From Eledone cirrhosa (lineage: Eukaryota): 64,000 bases of DNA. Within the stretch, counting starts at the first letter, position 1. Each line of letters begins with the position of its first letter. The stretch spans positions 288,920,001 to 288,984,000 of the forward strand of contig OZ024742.1 of the NCBI GenBank assembly GCA_964016885.1, written 5' to 3'. Below the pieces are notes generated by a model. The model made no database searches, was not told where the DNA came from, and worked only from the letters and a program-made list of their open reading frames with translations. Positions 41,955 to 56,846 of the stretch are shown one piece after another. The translations under genes were made by a program, and so were the position numbers.

Positions 41955-44440
41955 ATTTCTTTTATTAACCACAAGAGCCCAAGACGGGGATGATTCAAAG
42001 ACAAAAATAACACAGAGTGGGGTTTACATTGAGTGAAGGAAATGGGACATCACTGAAGAAGAATGGTAAGAACAACAATAATGGAATTTGTAATAAATGT
42101 ACTTAACAATAGGAAACAATAACAATAATGAAAATCAACAAAGACCAGTTCCTCAATAGTGGGGGAACTGGTCTTTAGGGTAATTCTTGGGAGAACCCCA
42201 CACTAAACCTTGGGTTATTCTGTTGCCTCATGGGCACATTGAATGAACCCTTTCCTAGTTTCCTTCCTCCTGCTTAGAAATGTATAATCAGTCTGTGCTT
42301 AACCAAGGTCCATAGTTCTGTCAAAAAGATGAGCAGCAGAAATACATGTCACACAAAAGGCGCTCACACTGGTTGGGCTTTGCTTTTGTTATCGTCATTG
42401 CAGTTTATGAGGAAATTCCATGACTGTGTTAACCATAGTGCATGTCTACAAATCAATAGTAGCAAAGGGATTTTCTAACCAGTAGGACTTGCCCCTTCCA
42501 CAAAAAGTAGGAGAGAATGTGTTCCAGTTTGGTCAGTGTTTTGGGGGGCATGGTACAATGGTTACGTGGTAATATACCACTGAAACGATATACATGTTTT
42601 CCATCTTTGCCTGATCTTTGAGGGACAGCTTTCTCTCTGCTTATTTCTAAGTGAGATTGGCTACCTTGGCATGAGCTTTCTTCTACATGTACCAAGTTTC
42701 AAGCCCATTGACTTATCCTGGTTAATGCAAGCTCCAGTAACCTGCTGGTATGCTCCAGTATGGTGCAGACTGCTTCTGTATCTGAAGTGTCTGACACCAT
42801 GACTTGGCATCATCTGCATATACAGACACGGCTCTCTTCTGACCAGGTTTAAGTGGAAACCTCTCAAGATTTCCATTCTTCACTGCAGCAACTCTAAAGC
42901 CAAAAAGCCAACACATAGAGATGGGAGGAGAGGAGACAGCAGATACAAGACCAATTGGAAATGTTCCAATTAGTGGCTGTTTAGTTGATTACCAAATAGA
43001 TGCCATTGTAGATTGTAGCGATCCAGTTTCTGAAATCAAGACCAAAACCAGCTGCTTTTAGGACAGCCTCCAGATAGGGATGGTCAATTTTGTCAAATGC
43101 TTTAGACTCATCTAAATTAACCAAAGCTCCCCCTCTGACCCATTCTATCTCATGAGGTGGAGGTTGCCATGGATAAATCTGCCAGGGATTGCAGAAGTTT
43201 GTGCATCCTTGACTACACTATTAATGGTTAGTAAGCACCTTTGCCAATACCATCAGTAGAGTTACAGGTCTGAAATTTTCTATCACATCCCCTTGGTTTG
43301 GGTCCTTTCTTAGCAGTGTTACCACTCTCTGGCTTACACAACAGGGAATACTCCTGGTCTGCTGCCAGTTGCAGTCTCTGTAAGCTTTGAAAACTAGTAA
43401 TGTTGCATTCACCTTCCAACAAGCAGGTTCCTACCTATAAAGCCTATCAAGTTTGACAATACAGATCACAAATTTGTGGACTTTGTTGTTATTAACTACT
43501 TTAAATTGTGAAAAACCTAAGATATTCCTATTTACTGAGCTGCAGAATACCCAATATAGAAATGATCCGGATGACCCAATGTGGTTTGATCATGTCCACA
43601 TTGGAATATTCAGGAAATCCAGTCAGTACTTGTCAGTCTGACATTGGCTGCTGGTTTATATCCAGTATCACCAACCTACCTTCTGGGTCTTGGGAAATGG
43701 TTCCTATCATGAAACCCAGACCTTTCTGAAATAACACAACAAATCCACCCCTTGATCCCAGATGATTCTGAGATACATAAACCTTGTAGCTGCTGAAGAT
43801 GAATATGAAATTTCATCACATCTATGTCTAGTGATTTGATGTTGTTCAGCAGGTGGCCTTGCTTCCAAACCACTTGCATTCACTCTTCCTATTCTGAGTA
43901 AGGTCATTCTGAATAAAGAGGAAGCAAATACCACTTACCTTATTCTTATGGAAGAAGGATGGCTGATTCATCCTTCTGCTTAATGGTATGTGTTTTTCAT
44001 TAGCAAATCAGTATATATATCCTTTTGGTGATCTTTTCTCAGCAGTCACTAATTCCATCAAGAAATTATATTTTTAGTTTTGCGTAAGTGTCTTGTGAAA
44101 TTTGAATAATTTTTATGCATGTTGGTATGGTAATTGTTGGTGTCATGAAGTCATTTTGTGTAATGTATGTGTGTTGAAGTGGTGATTGTTGGTGTTGTTG
44201 TTGGTGATGGTGGTGTCTGTGATGATGGTGCCTGTGGTGATGGTCTCTGTAGTAATGGTGGTGTATGTAGTGGTGGTAGCAGTAGTGGTGATGTTGAAGT
44301 TGGTGTTGGTGCTGTTGCTTGTCTTGTATCTTTTAATTTTCTTCCACACACTTTTTTGCTTTCTCTCCTTTTATTTGGTAAACAGTTTGATACTCTCCAT
44401 TTTATATAATGTAGAAAGTAATATAAGGCTAAACAATGCA
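41955..44440 (-). mobile_element. Old degenerate Tx1-like LINE
   Basis: MTLLRIGRVNASGL, FRPVTLL, VYADD and FLWKG remnants; 3' end CTTGTGGTTAATAAAAGAAATT(ATT)n. Confidence 0.8.
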
Positions 44441-44879
44441 AAATGGACGGTAAGATGAAGATAACGAGAAAGCTAGTTACCTGGAAATCTTTGTTTTGTT
44501 TTTTTCTTGTTTATTTTTGCTATTGTTTCTTTCGTCATAATATTTCAGGACTTAAAATTCCCGGTCTTCAGAGTATAAGGAACTCTCAGAGAAAAATGTT
44601 CCAGTTTCTCTTTGGAATTAAATTTGGATTTAAATTTTATAAACCGCTTTCATTGTTTGATGGTTGCTTATGTCTTCTCTACTTCAAAATATATCCATGG
44701 GATCATATTTGAGGAGAGTGACATTTCCTTAGAGTGACATTTCCTGGTTGTGGCTGGGCGATACAGTTTCTGATGTTGTATGAGATGGTGTTGCAGTTTA
44801 TCTGTTGTTAATGTTGTTACTGTCATTGTTTACTGCTACTGCTGGTGGTGGTACAGGATGTTAGGAGGGGGTAGTGGTG

Positions 44880-45030
44880 CCTTTCACACACATTCTGCCT
44901 GTTTTTCAGACCAGAGCGAGCTAACCACTGATGGGTTAAACCTTTGTCAACATCAGAATTGTCAGTTCTTTCTAGGTATTTTCTATACAATGGCTTTTCT
45001 TGCCATTTCTCAGTTAGTTTCCTTGTGGTA
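44880..45030 (-). pseudogene. RLE-clade LINE fragment
   Basis: KWQEKPLY..DVDKGLTHQWLARSGLK resembles the region after RT in R4/Dong-type elements. Confidence 0.5.
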
Positions 45031-45299
45031 GTAGTTGTAAGAGTGGTGGTAGTGGTGTTGGTGGTGATGGTGATAGTAGTAGTGGCAATGATGATGTTGG
45101 TGGTAGTAGTAGTAGTAGTGGTGGTAGTAATAGTGGTAGTGGTGGAGATGATAGTGGTAGTAATAGTAGTAGTAGTATTGTTAGTAGTAGTAGTAGTAGT
45201 AGTTGAAGTAGTTTTAATGATTCTTTGCATTTATTTTAACCTTATTATTATTATTAGTCATATTTTCAATGTGTGTTATCACTGTTCTAACGTGAGATG

Positions 45300-46028
45300 T
45301 TATGTTTTTTGGAACATACCAAAAGGCATGTCTACTTGGAACAGCAAGGACCCTTCGATATGTCTTGAATATCTGAAGCAGCACGTAGTGGCTTGATGTT
45401 CATTAAAGCAAATTTTCCAGTTAAATAACATCAATGACTGAGATATCAAAGTAATAATAATAATTGTTTCTACTTTTAGGCACAAGGCCAGCAATCACCC
45501 AGTGTATTACTGGTACTTTATTTTATCGACCCCGTAAGGATGAAAGGCAAAGTCAACCTCGGCGGGATTTGAACTCAGATGGTAAAGGGACGTAACTATG
45601 CTGGAAAGCATGGCGTCCGACCCTCTACCGATATTGCCAATAATAATAATTGTTTCTACTTTAGGCACAACCCTCTACCGATACTGCTATAATAATTGTT
45701 TCTACTTTAGGCACAAGGCCAGCAATTACCCAGTGCATTACTGGTACTTTATTTTATCAACCCTGTAAGGATGAAAGGCAAAGTTAAGCTTGGCGGGATT
45801 TGAACTCAGACCGTAAAGGGAGGTAACTCTATGCTGCAAAGCATGGCGTCCGACCCTCTATCGATACTGCCAATCCACCGCCCTTAATAATAATAATAAT
45901 GGTTTCTGATTTAGGCACAAGGACAACAATTTTGGGTGGTGGGGAAAGTTGATTAAATTGACCCAGTACATTACTGGTGCTTTATTTATCAACCCCGTAA
46001 GGATGAAAGGCAAAGCTAATCACGGCAG
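45300..46028. mobile_element. Dong 3' end (+) followed by a stack of four SINE A copies (-) joined by (AAT)n
   Basis: Dong UTR 45300-45450; SINEs at 45460, 45645 (internally deleted), 45692 and 45898. Confidence 0.8.
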
Positions 46029-46849
46029 AAGAAGAAGGTGGAGAAGAAGAAGAAGAAGGAGGAGGAGGAGGGGAGAAGAAGAATAAGAATAAGAAGAAGA
46101 AGGAGGAGGGGAGAAGAAGAAGAAGATGAAGAAGGAGGAGGGAGAAGAAGAAGAAGTTATATTATCAAATCTCTCACAATCCTTTCAATATTTTCAAGAT
46201 CATTTGAAATCATAGGTAGTGTTTTTCATAAGACTACGTATGGTAACGAAAAGATGGAACAAGGAACTAAAAATATTGATGAGTCATGAGAAATGACAGT
46301 CAGTCGTATGAGAAGAGTCTGCTAAAATATTTTGCCTGAATGCATCAATAATTTTAATCGTTTCGATACTATAGTAATCAAAATCATTGATGATATTGTT
46401 ATGATTGGAAATGACTTTGGCTTCGATCATATTGATTGGGGAGAAATGATCTTGAATTATTGGTTTCATATTTGATAGATTTAAGTAAAAATGGTCTCAT
46501 TGAGATCTGGTAGTAGTGATGGTTGTTGTGGTGGTATTGGTGGTGGTGGTTTTAGTTTTGGAGGTGGTGGTAGTGGTATCAGTGTTAATGGTAGTGGTGA
46601 TGGCGGTGGTTTTGTTGGTGGAGGTTGTGATGGTGGTGGTGGTGATGATTTTAGTTTTGATGGTAGTGTTGTTGTTGTTGGTGGTGATGGTAGCAGTGGT
46701 ATTAGTGATATTAGTGGTGGGAGGATTTTAGTTTCAGTGGTGGTGGTGGTATTGGTGGTAGTAATAGTATCATTGATGGTGTTCTTGTTGTTATTGGTAG
46801 TAGTAGTAGTTGTTGTTATTGGTGGTGGTGGTAGTAGTATTATTATTAT

Positions 46850-48188
46850 CTGAAAGGCCGGGCGGAAGTGGCGAATGCGTACATCGCATCCGTCATCTGC
46901 TACCGCCTCACCGTCGTCCCTTGCTCCAGCCCAACTCTCACCAAAATGGAGCGCCTCCTCTTCCGCTTTTTGTGGAAGGGACGCGCTCCCATGGTCAGAC
47001 GATCCATCTGCTGTCAACACCCGTTGCGTGGAGGACTGGGCATGCCATGGCTGATGATGCGCAAACATGCGCTGAGGCTGCGACATCTCTGGTGCTTCCT
47101 TGATGGTGAACGGGTATGGTCACCGTTCGCCAGGCACATTTTCCCACAGCTCGTCGCCTTGACGGAGCTGCAGTCCTGTGTCAGAAAAAGACCGAGGGAT
47201 AGCGCTTGGAAACTGGAATGTCTCCAGGCGCTCACTGCCCTCTCCCAGTTGGGCACCAGTATCAGTGGAACATCCACCTCGGCGTTCTATAGAGGACTAG
47301 TGGAGGGGAAGAGCGACGACATTCTCAGAGAGATCCCGGGCGTCGGAGAAAATCAGCTGTTTGCTCTCTTCCGGAGAACTTTCAGCCCGAGGCCTATGGA
47401 TAAAAAATCCCTGGCCTGGCAGTGCTACCGGGGAGCGCTGCCGGTTCGAGATAGGCTCTACAGGCACGGAAGTGCCGTCAGCCGAACCTGTCTGAGATGC
47501 GCGCATAGCGACGAAACCGTTGTGCACGCACTCGTTCAGTGCCCGAGCATTGTTGACTTGTGGAGCTATGTCGAACAGTTGCTGTCACGTGTGGGACTGA
47601 TCCGGTTGTCGACTGAGTCCATTGTGCAGATGGTCTCGCCGTCTTCCTTTGAGGAGGAAGGGCAGGCGGTTTTCATCTGCCTGGTGGCCATGGCGAAAGA
47701 GATTGTGTGGTGGACAAGGTTAAAAGGATTAAAGACAAACACTTTCCTCTTCGGCGAATCCCTAATTAACTTTTTCAAGTTTCACTTGAAGAGGAAAATG
47801 AGGGTGGAGAAGCAAGTGCTGCTTTCTAGCAAGTTTGTTGAAAGGTGGGTGAATGTAGCGAGAATGGTCCGAGTGAACGGGACCACTCTGAATATACATA
47901 TGTAGTTTGAGAGATGGAAAAATTGAGAGAGGGCGCTTGCCCTGGTAGTCAGGGTGGCCGTGGTCTTTTGTGTGGTTTTCGCCACGAGTAACCCTCGGAG
48001 GTTTCCCCCCTATTGGGGAATTTTTCATTGTTTCAATTTTCATTTTATTGTTTATATATATGTTTTATGTCTTTTTTCTTTTCTTATATAAATAATAAAA
48101 ATATTTACTTGCACAAAACCCACATCGTACCGTCCTGTTCCGTCTGTGATGTTTTTCTTGATGTCAGCCCTTGTGGCCAATAAAGAAA

Positions 48189-48190
<2 letters not shown>
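46850..48190 (+). mobile_element. 5'-truncated Tx1-like LINE
   Basis: ORF 46868-47905 is homologous to the ORF2 C-terminus at 12-13 kb; (ATT)n on both sides. Confidence 0.9.
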
Positions 48191-48230
<40 letters not shown>

Positions 48231-48494
48231 GTAGTAGTAGTAGTAGTAGTAGTAGTAGGAGGAAAAACTGTTTAATTGTCTCGAAAAACTTATTTACAGT
48301 AATTCCAAATTATTTTTATTTGCTATTTTCCAGGGTTAATTCTAATTATTCTAATTGATTACAAAATATAATTAATGTAGGTTTAATATAGAGAGGAACA
48401 TCAAGGGATTAATTAACTGTATTAGTTGCTGTAAATTAATGACCAATTAAATTCATTAATGCAGATGTGGACAAAGTCAGACAATATAAGAAAT

Positions 48495-48531
<37 letters not shown>

Positions 48532-48616
48532 GTAATAATAATAAATTTGAAGACTAAAATACAAAGAGGGCTCGATAAGGATAAATATATATCAAATATA
48601 TAAGAACCGTAGAGCA

Positions 48617-48748
48617 AATATTTATTAAAATAACAGATTAAAGTTTAAAGAATCGCTGCTTTCACCCTTAACGGGATCTTAAGATCCCGTTAAGAGTGAA
48701 AGCAGCGATTCTTTGCTTAAACTTTAATCTGTTATTTTAATAAATACA
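48617..48748. repeat. Spacerless palindrome whose axis cuts a hammerhead core
   Basis: Centre gggatctt|aagatccc (48680/48681); the arm reads (CTG)AAGA-tccc-gttaa-gggt-GAAA-gcagc. Confidence 0.7.
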
Positions 48749-48886
48749 TATATCAATATATATATATGTGTGTGTGTATTATATTATTTATTTATTTATC
48801 ATACATGGAACAAAAGCGCTACAAGGCCCAATATTGACCATATCTCCAAATCGTAAGAGGAATTAAATTTGTGACTTAGTCTTCAG

Positions 48887-48944
48887 GTGCTTAGACAAGT
48901 TTGAAGATACAATTAAAAATATAGCAAGATTTCTTATCCAAAAA
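48887..48944 (+). CDS. Weak candidate 58-nt exon (CLDKFEDTIKNIARFLIQN)
   Basis: gtcttcag|G TGC...AAC|gtatgt with an open frame; no other support. Confidence 0.25.
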
Positions 48945-49087
48945 CGTATGTTGAAACAGATATTGTTATACTTTGGGAGGATCATGCTGCCAATAAAAAC
49001 ACACTCACTCGTTGGGTTTCATTTTAATGTATTATAAACTACCAGTCAGTTAGTTTAATAGCTGGATGGTTGTTTAGTTGTTGCTGA

Positions 49088-49133
49088 TTGTCAAAGCTTT
49101 TTCGTCACACATTCTATGACCTCCTCAGTGACT
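49088..49133 (-). ncRNA. Minimal hammerhead motif (decayed relative at 57220-57262 +)
   Basis: gtca-CTGAGGA-ggtca..tgac-GAAA-aagc-TT-tgac. Confidence 0.6.
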
Positions 49134-49571
49134 ACTTTTGTTGTTATTTTATGTCTCTCTTACACCATCTTGTTTTTGTGAGCTGTGACATTCAAGCTAG
49201 TTGACACCCCTTGACTACAAATAATATATACGTGTATATTGTGTGTATTTAGTATTACTACAGACAATATATACTGGTGTGCACAGTGTAGTGTATTTAG
49301 TATTACTACAAACACTATACTCACTTTCCCCTCGCTTTTTTCTGTGGCCCAAGCGTCCTTCCTTTTTCCCTCATTTTCCTTTCATTTATGGCATTTGTAG
49401 TCCTTTCCTCTACTTTCCTATACAGCCAGATTTGCCCTTCTTTACCCCTTCCCATCTCTTTTCATTACTTGATTTTGTTTTTATCTTTCTTTTTCATATT
49501 TCCATCATTATATAACTTATTTTTTTGTATACAGAGAGTATCTACATGTGTATAGTGTGACATATATAGTA

Positions 49572-49881
49572 CTAGATGAGGGCGATGTCTTATCACTCTT
49601 TCTGTCACACACCCTCTCTCTCTAAACAAATGACGTTCCTTTTCTCTCTCTTTCTCTATCTATGTACAGCTCTTTCGCTTGGCGCTCCCCCTTCTCTCTA
49701 TATAGAAGAGGGTGACGTCGTAACTTTCTATCTATCTACCTCTTTCTTTCACCTCGAAAACACACGACGTTCCCTTTTCTCTCTCTAGCTATGTACATAT
49801 CTCTCGCTTGCCGCTCCTCCTCTCTATATAAAGTGAGCGTGACGGACGGACGAAAAGAGAACGCTTTTATTATAATATAGA
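49572..49881 (-). mobile_element. Probable non-autonomous Helitron
   Basis: A|TCTATATTATAATAAAAG ... CTAG|T; subterminal hairpin not evident. Confidence 0.5.
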
Positions 49882-50471
49882 TTACTAGAAACAGTGTACA
49901 CTCGTGTATATAGTATTATTTCAGACAGTATATATACGTGTGTGTATAGTGTGGCACAACTATTGTAAGTAATACATGAAGGAATTGAAGGAACACTTTA
50001 AACTAAGCGGACCGGATTTTAGAGAGAGAGACAATTTGTGCTCCACAGAATTCAATAGGTATATCAATGAGAAAGAGAGAGAGAGAGAGAGAGGGGAAAA
50101 ACCTGCCTTAAAAGGATAAAAAACAAAGTTAGACCTCGGCGTGATTTGAACTCGCAACACAGAGAGCGGAAACAAAAACCACGAAACATTTTAATCAACG
50201 CTCTAACGGATTTGCCAATTGGCCGCCTATACCTTTGTACGTATGGTGTATGTAACGTGTGTATATACTGTGGTGATGTAAGTAACGTGTGTACATATAT
50301 ATATAGTGTAATGTATGTAACATGTGTATATAGAGTGATGTATGTAACGGGTATATTATATGTATGTAACAGGTGTATAATGTATAGTATAAATAGTATT
50401 ACTACAGAAAAAACAGTGTCGGTGATAGAGAAAGAGACGGGGATTCAGCACACTGGGTGGGGAGGTACATA

Positions 50472-50535
<64 letters not shown>

Positions 50536-51094
50536 AACGTCGATACATACACATTCCTTAACAAATACATACACATATAATACATATAGATATCTGGATG
50601 AATGAGTGACTATGAATGAGACTAAGAGTGGGATGTGTCTGGGTGTTAGGAAAGCGGAACGGTTCAGTGTTTTCGATGAAGTTAACCAAAGAGCCGGTTT
50701 CTCGTCCTAGTTACATTGCTGTAAAGAACAGTATGAACACAACATCGTATTTCTATTTAATACATTTGATCTGTAATACGGATGGAAGTCGATAAACATA
50801 ACACACACATATATATAGGTAAAAAGAAAACGGGAGATTATATCCGTAGTTGGTAGAGCACTCAGTTCAAAGGACGAGTTCGGTATATAGTTAGTTTCAC
50901 AACAAATTAGCAAACCATATTCTCTCTCGCACTAAGCGAGTAAGAATACAAAACTTTCCCCTAAGCGCCAATCTAGCGTAGGGTTAAACCCTCAGCTGAA
51001 GCTCAAGAACTCAACACACAACCCGATCCTACAACATTATGATGGTACGTCCCACACCAGAATCACTAGGCCACGCGAATACACACACACAAAC

Positions 51095-52208
51095 TTCTAC
51101 TTCTTCTTCGCCCACTTATTCCTGAGAGGGTCGTGGGAAAAAAATTCTCAAACACTCCTTCCAGCTGGTCCTGTCAGAAGCAACCGTCTCCAACTGATCC
51201 GGCTGGATCTCCAAGCGTGACCAGCCAAGCTCTTCGATGTTATCCAACCTGCTCGGTGTCTAGCCTAGGTCGCCTTCCTGTTGGTTTTATCCATAAAATC
51301 TGTCCAACGATTCTTCCCTGAGACATTCTAACCACAGTAGAATGTCCATAGTATCGGAGCTGTGATCTCTCAGTTTGTAGAAGTAGCAGCTCTACCTGAA
51401 GTGACTCTCTGATCTCCGAGCTACGCACTCTATCGAGTAACGTTACCCCAACGGCCCTTCGGAGGAAACCTATTTCAGCCACTTGTATTCGCGATTATAT
51501 TATTTCCGTCGTTAGCTAAGACTAGCAGGTTTTCTGCTAGCATGTGTAGTGTGCATATTGATATTATACACAAGTATATATGCATGTAGCTATGATACAT
51601 TAAATAAAATTGTAATTGACAATATACACAGAAATGGAACGAAGACTGCGTTACACTGTCTTATGTAATCAGTAACGTAATCCATGATACATTAAAAAAA
51701 GACGATATTATATATAAACTGCATTAGGAGAAAATTAGTGACGGAAATATATGAATGTTTATTTAAGCGATCGCTAACTGGAAGTGTTGACATTTGAAAA
51801 TTTTAAAGAAGTGAATCTTAAAATAAGCCACAAAATTATTTATATTTAATCAAGAATAACGAAATTTAGTATATAAATTATGTAATATTCATTCATTATT
51901 TATTCAAAGTAATCCAACTTATTTTACAAACGAGATAAAAAAATATATTCTGGACGCAGTGCCGCACGCCCTACTTTATTATAGTTTAGATTCATGACCA
52001 TAGGTAAGGGTCGGCACGAATACCGAATTGAAGATAGCGAGTTTGGCTTTTACACATATCTCCCTTCTTCTAATTATCGAATGCTGAAGCTAACGCATTA
52101 CTGCAGCAGCTCCTGCAATTTTTGCATTTAATTCAGCCTTCTGCCTTCCACCACTCATTAACACGGCCCAGGGATATTTGAACTTCACAGCCTGCTTCAA
52201 TGGAACTG
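51095..52208 (-). mobile_element. RTE fragment with a (GAA)n tail, split by a Helitron
   Basis: VKFKY..AAAVMR..PTLTYGHE | AEIGFLRRAVGVTLLDRVRS..GRRP. Confidence 0.75.
51522..51990 (-). mobile_element. Non-autonomous Helitron, same family as 21167-21824
   Basis: Inserted between A and T of the RTE sequence catgaA|Tcttag with no TSD; TC...CTAG ends. Confidence 0.82.
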
Positions 52209-52231
52209 AGTATATATATATATATTTTTTT

Positions 52232-52904
<673 letters not shown>

Positions 52905-53227
52905 TTTATACCTAATTGTGTATAGTTGACGATATATTTAACCGATTTCCACGTGGTATTAGAAATGCTGGGTAAATATTCTATAGCTGTTGATCGCGGA
53001 TAGATAGCTGTCGTTTATTTATCTATTATTTCTTCATAGGTGCCTTTTAATCTTAAAGCCTTGTTTAATTGGTTTTGTGTGTGGTTAATTATGCTGATTG
53101 GGAGGGGAAATAATGTATATATTTTATCAAATGATTCTATGGACATGCTTTATTGTATATTGCTCTGATTGTTGATTATTTAATTAATTAATTCGTCATT
53201 GAGCCACATCTTGAATGGTTGCCAAAA

Positions 53228-53259
<32 letters not shown>

Positions 53260-53288
53260 GACTTTGTCTAGTTTATGTATATGTAAAT

Positions 53289-53334
<46 letters not shown>

Positions 53335-53335
<1 letters not shown>

Positions 53336-53578
53336 TAGGGCGAGTAAAATTCCCGAGATCCATGGACGAGTTCTCTCCAGCGGTCTCTGTCCTTCATTAT
53401 CGCTGCATTGTCCTGCGTTCCAAGAGACCAGTGTCTGTCCTTAGGACATCAACATATGTTAACCTCGGTCTTCCTCTTCCAGTGTGTCCATGCAGGGGCT
53501 CCCACAGGAGCACTGAGTGCAGTGTCAACTCTGGATGTCGGTGAGCATGTCCAGCTAACCTCAATCTCCTCTGTGCTT
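53335..53578 (-). mobile_element. RTE-like 3' fragment
   Basis: RRLRLAGHAHRHPE..LLWEP..GRGRPRLTYVD. Confidence 0.7.
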
Positions 53579-53731
53579 CTCTCTCTCTTTCTCTATATAT
53601 AGAGATATTGATTATACGAATTTTCACCTAACACTGTTCGAATAATTTTATATACAACATTCTTGAAACATCTGTAAGGAATTAAAAATGATTTAAAGGG
53701 TAAATTTTCCATTCATATATTTGATTATATA

Positions 53732-53911
53732 TACGAGGGCAATACCAAAAGTAAGGTCCCCTTCCGATATTGCAGCTTTTCCGTTAAAATCCTGTGGATG
53801 GTGCTTCGGGAAACCTCAGGAACCAAAATGCAGAGAGCATCCAGAGTGATCCGCCGATCTTTACGCATGTTTTCCTCGGAAGGAGACCTTACTTTTGGGA
53901 TTACCCTCGTA
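53732..53911. mobile_element. mariner-type MITE
   Basis: TACGAGGGCAATACCAAAAGTAAGGTC ... GACCTTACTTTTGGGATTACCCTCGTA, TA flanks. Confidence 0.8.
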
Positions 53912-53981
53912 TATATATTGAGAAAAAGAAATGAGGTATACTTTTGTCTATTTGCTTTTCACACTTATAATTGTTATATAT

Positions 53982-54103
53982 ATAGGAACGAGTAGGACCC
54001 CGACGGCTGAGCTCGTTCCTATTACCCACTCTACTACCCTAAGTATTGAGTACTTTGGTGCGTTATGATCCACCTGGTTCCTTACCACATTTCCTCCGTT
54101 ATA
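53982..54103 (+). mobile_element. Short pLTR-like family in (TA)n; other copies at 54727-54850(-) and 58091-58228(-)
   Basis: Three copies; the 58 kb copy retains a partial HHR (ATGA-ga..tc-GAAA-cggc-TT). Confidence 0.65.
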
Positions 54104-54114
54104 TATATATATAT

Positions 54115-54571
<457 letters not shown>

Positions 54572-54847
54572 CACACACATACACACACACATATATATAT
54601 ATCAACGCTTACGTGGACCTCTCAAATTCGTTAGATTTTCACTCTGATACACACCCGACGTTCGCCTGAACTTCCACCAGGAAATCTTTTCGTATCACTG
54701 ATATTTCTTTGCTTCTTGCATTATATATAACGAAGGAAGTGTGTTAAGGAACCAGGTGGACCATAACGCACCAGAGTACTCGATACTCGATACTTATGGT
54801 AGTAGAGTAGGTAATAGGAAAAGAGCTCAGTCGTCGGGGTCCTGACT

Positions 54848-54897
<50 letters not shown>

Positions 54898-54977
54898 CGT
54901 ATTTAAGAAAGCCAAGTGGCTTTCTTAAATACGTATTTTACACATTTCACAATGCTTCAAGCAAACTTTAACACCCT

Positions 54978-55028
<51 letters not shown>

Positions 55029-55834
55029 CAAGGAGACAGCAAACAGAGGTACAAAAGGTCTTATTGGTTTCTCGCTTTATATTGAAAAGAGGAAAGAAAG
55101 TTCAACGTGTTGGGCTTTAGCTCTTCTTCAGGATTACAAAATAGAGACAGGTGTCACAAAGGAGAAACAGAAAAAAGGTCCAAGTAAAGAAACAAAAATT
55201 ATATACACGTGTGTGTGTATGTGTATGATATATATATATCTGAATTTATACAGTATTGAGATAACCTGGATATATAAATTTACAAATTGAGTATCGACAG
55301 CGATCGACTTTCGTCAAATTGGACCGAGGAAACAATGTTTCCGTTGGTCTTTCCAATTGCTAATACTCTCTATCGGTCGCAACATGAAATAAAATGTCTT
55401 GCTCAAGGAAATAATGCACAACTATGTCCAGGAATCGAACTCACTACCTCACGATTGCGAATCCAATCCTCTAACCATTCAGCCACGCGCCTTCACTAAT
55501 TGAGTATTTAGACATGTAAATACGCCAAATACACGCATTTCAATGTAAACTAGTAAAAAAAAAATGACAAATATCTTTAATCGATATTCATACTTAATTG
55601 TATAAACAGACATAAACCTATCATATAATTCGGTTGCTCAGCACAAAATTTAATATATAACAATTAATTACGAGCATGAACGCTAATAATATGTGAATTA
55701 GACCATCCATTTCAGGATATTACTATATGAGAGAGGGTATAAGTATTACGTATTTCTGCGTGGGTGTTTAGATAATATACATATTGTCCTAATATATCAT
55801 CATTGTACTGTAGTACTTTTGTTTTGTTTTTACA

Positions 55835-56160
55835 TATATTCGCGGGGATTACGTTCCTAGAGAACCCGCGAAGAGTGGATGTGGTCCATAAAAATGCCTA
55901 TAAACGTCAAAATATAACGTAAAATATAAAAAAAAAAAAAAAAGATGGAGCGTCTTATGCAAAGGGGCGTCCAATAGGCCGGAAAATACGGTATAGTGTT
56001 ATTAATAATTTAGCGTTAAAAATATAAATAAAGCCACGAAAAAAGCAATGAAAAAATCGCGGAAGATATTTACGATTCCGCGAATATGCGGTGGTTACCT
56101 CGAACAATTATTAGTTAGGAAAATTCCACGAATAACCGGGACCGCGAATACCGGGGGTAT
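55835..56160. mobile_element. Tigger/pogo-like MITE remnant
   Basis: TATTCGCGG...CCGCGAATA inverted subterminal motifs; internal GGAAAATACGGTA end of another DNA element. Confidence 0.45.
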
Positions 56161-56329
56161 ATATATATATATATATATATATATTTAATGTATAATAAAC
56201 AATACAATATAATTGCCTCATTACCAGAGGTTTCCCGAATAAGGCGAATACAAGAAATGTAGCTCTGTAACTTACATAGAGCACTCTTCATTCCTCTGAC
56301 TTTTTCAATTTTCAACGGAAACTTCAATA

Positions 56330-56422
<93 letters not shown>

Positions 56423-56431
56423 TTATATATA

Positions 56432-56846
56432 TTATTCAAAATGTTAACAAATGAAAAATATTGTCATAATCAAAATATATACTTTATTATATATATTTCA
56501 AAGGTACTGTGTTGTTTTTTCAGTACGTCCTCGTCAGACAAATGATTTGATATATGACATACCGCTACAGTCTTGATTATTCAATTCCAGTATTGAATAA
56601 TCAAGACTGTAGCGGTATGTCATATATCAAATCATATATTTTGTCTGACGAGGACGTACTGAAAAAACAACACAGTACCTTTGAAATATATATAATAAAG
56701 TATATATTTTGGTTATGACAATATTTTTCATTTGTTAACATTTTGAATAACATTAAACACTCCAGGAAAACCTTTTTTGTTGAGTGCTTCTAATCTATTG
56801 TAAAATTGTATTCGTTGAGTAATCAACGAGCCATACTAATCTTTGG

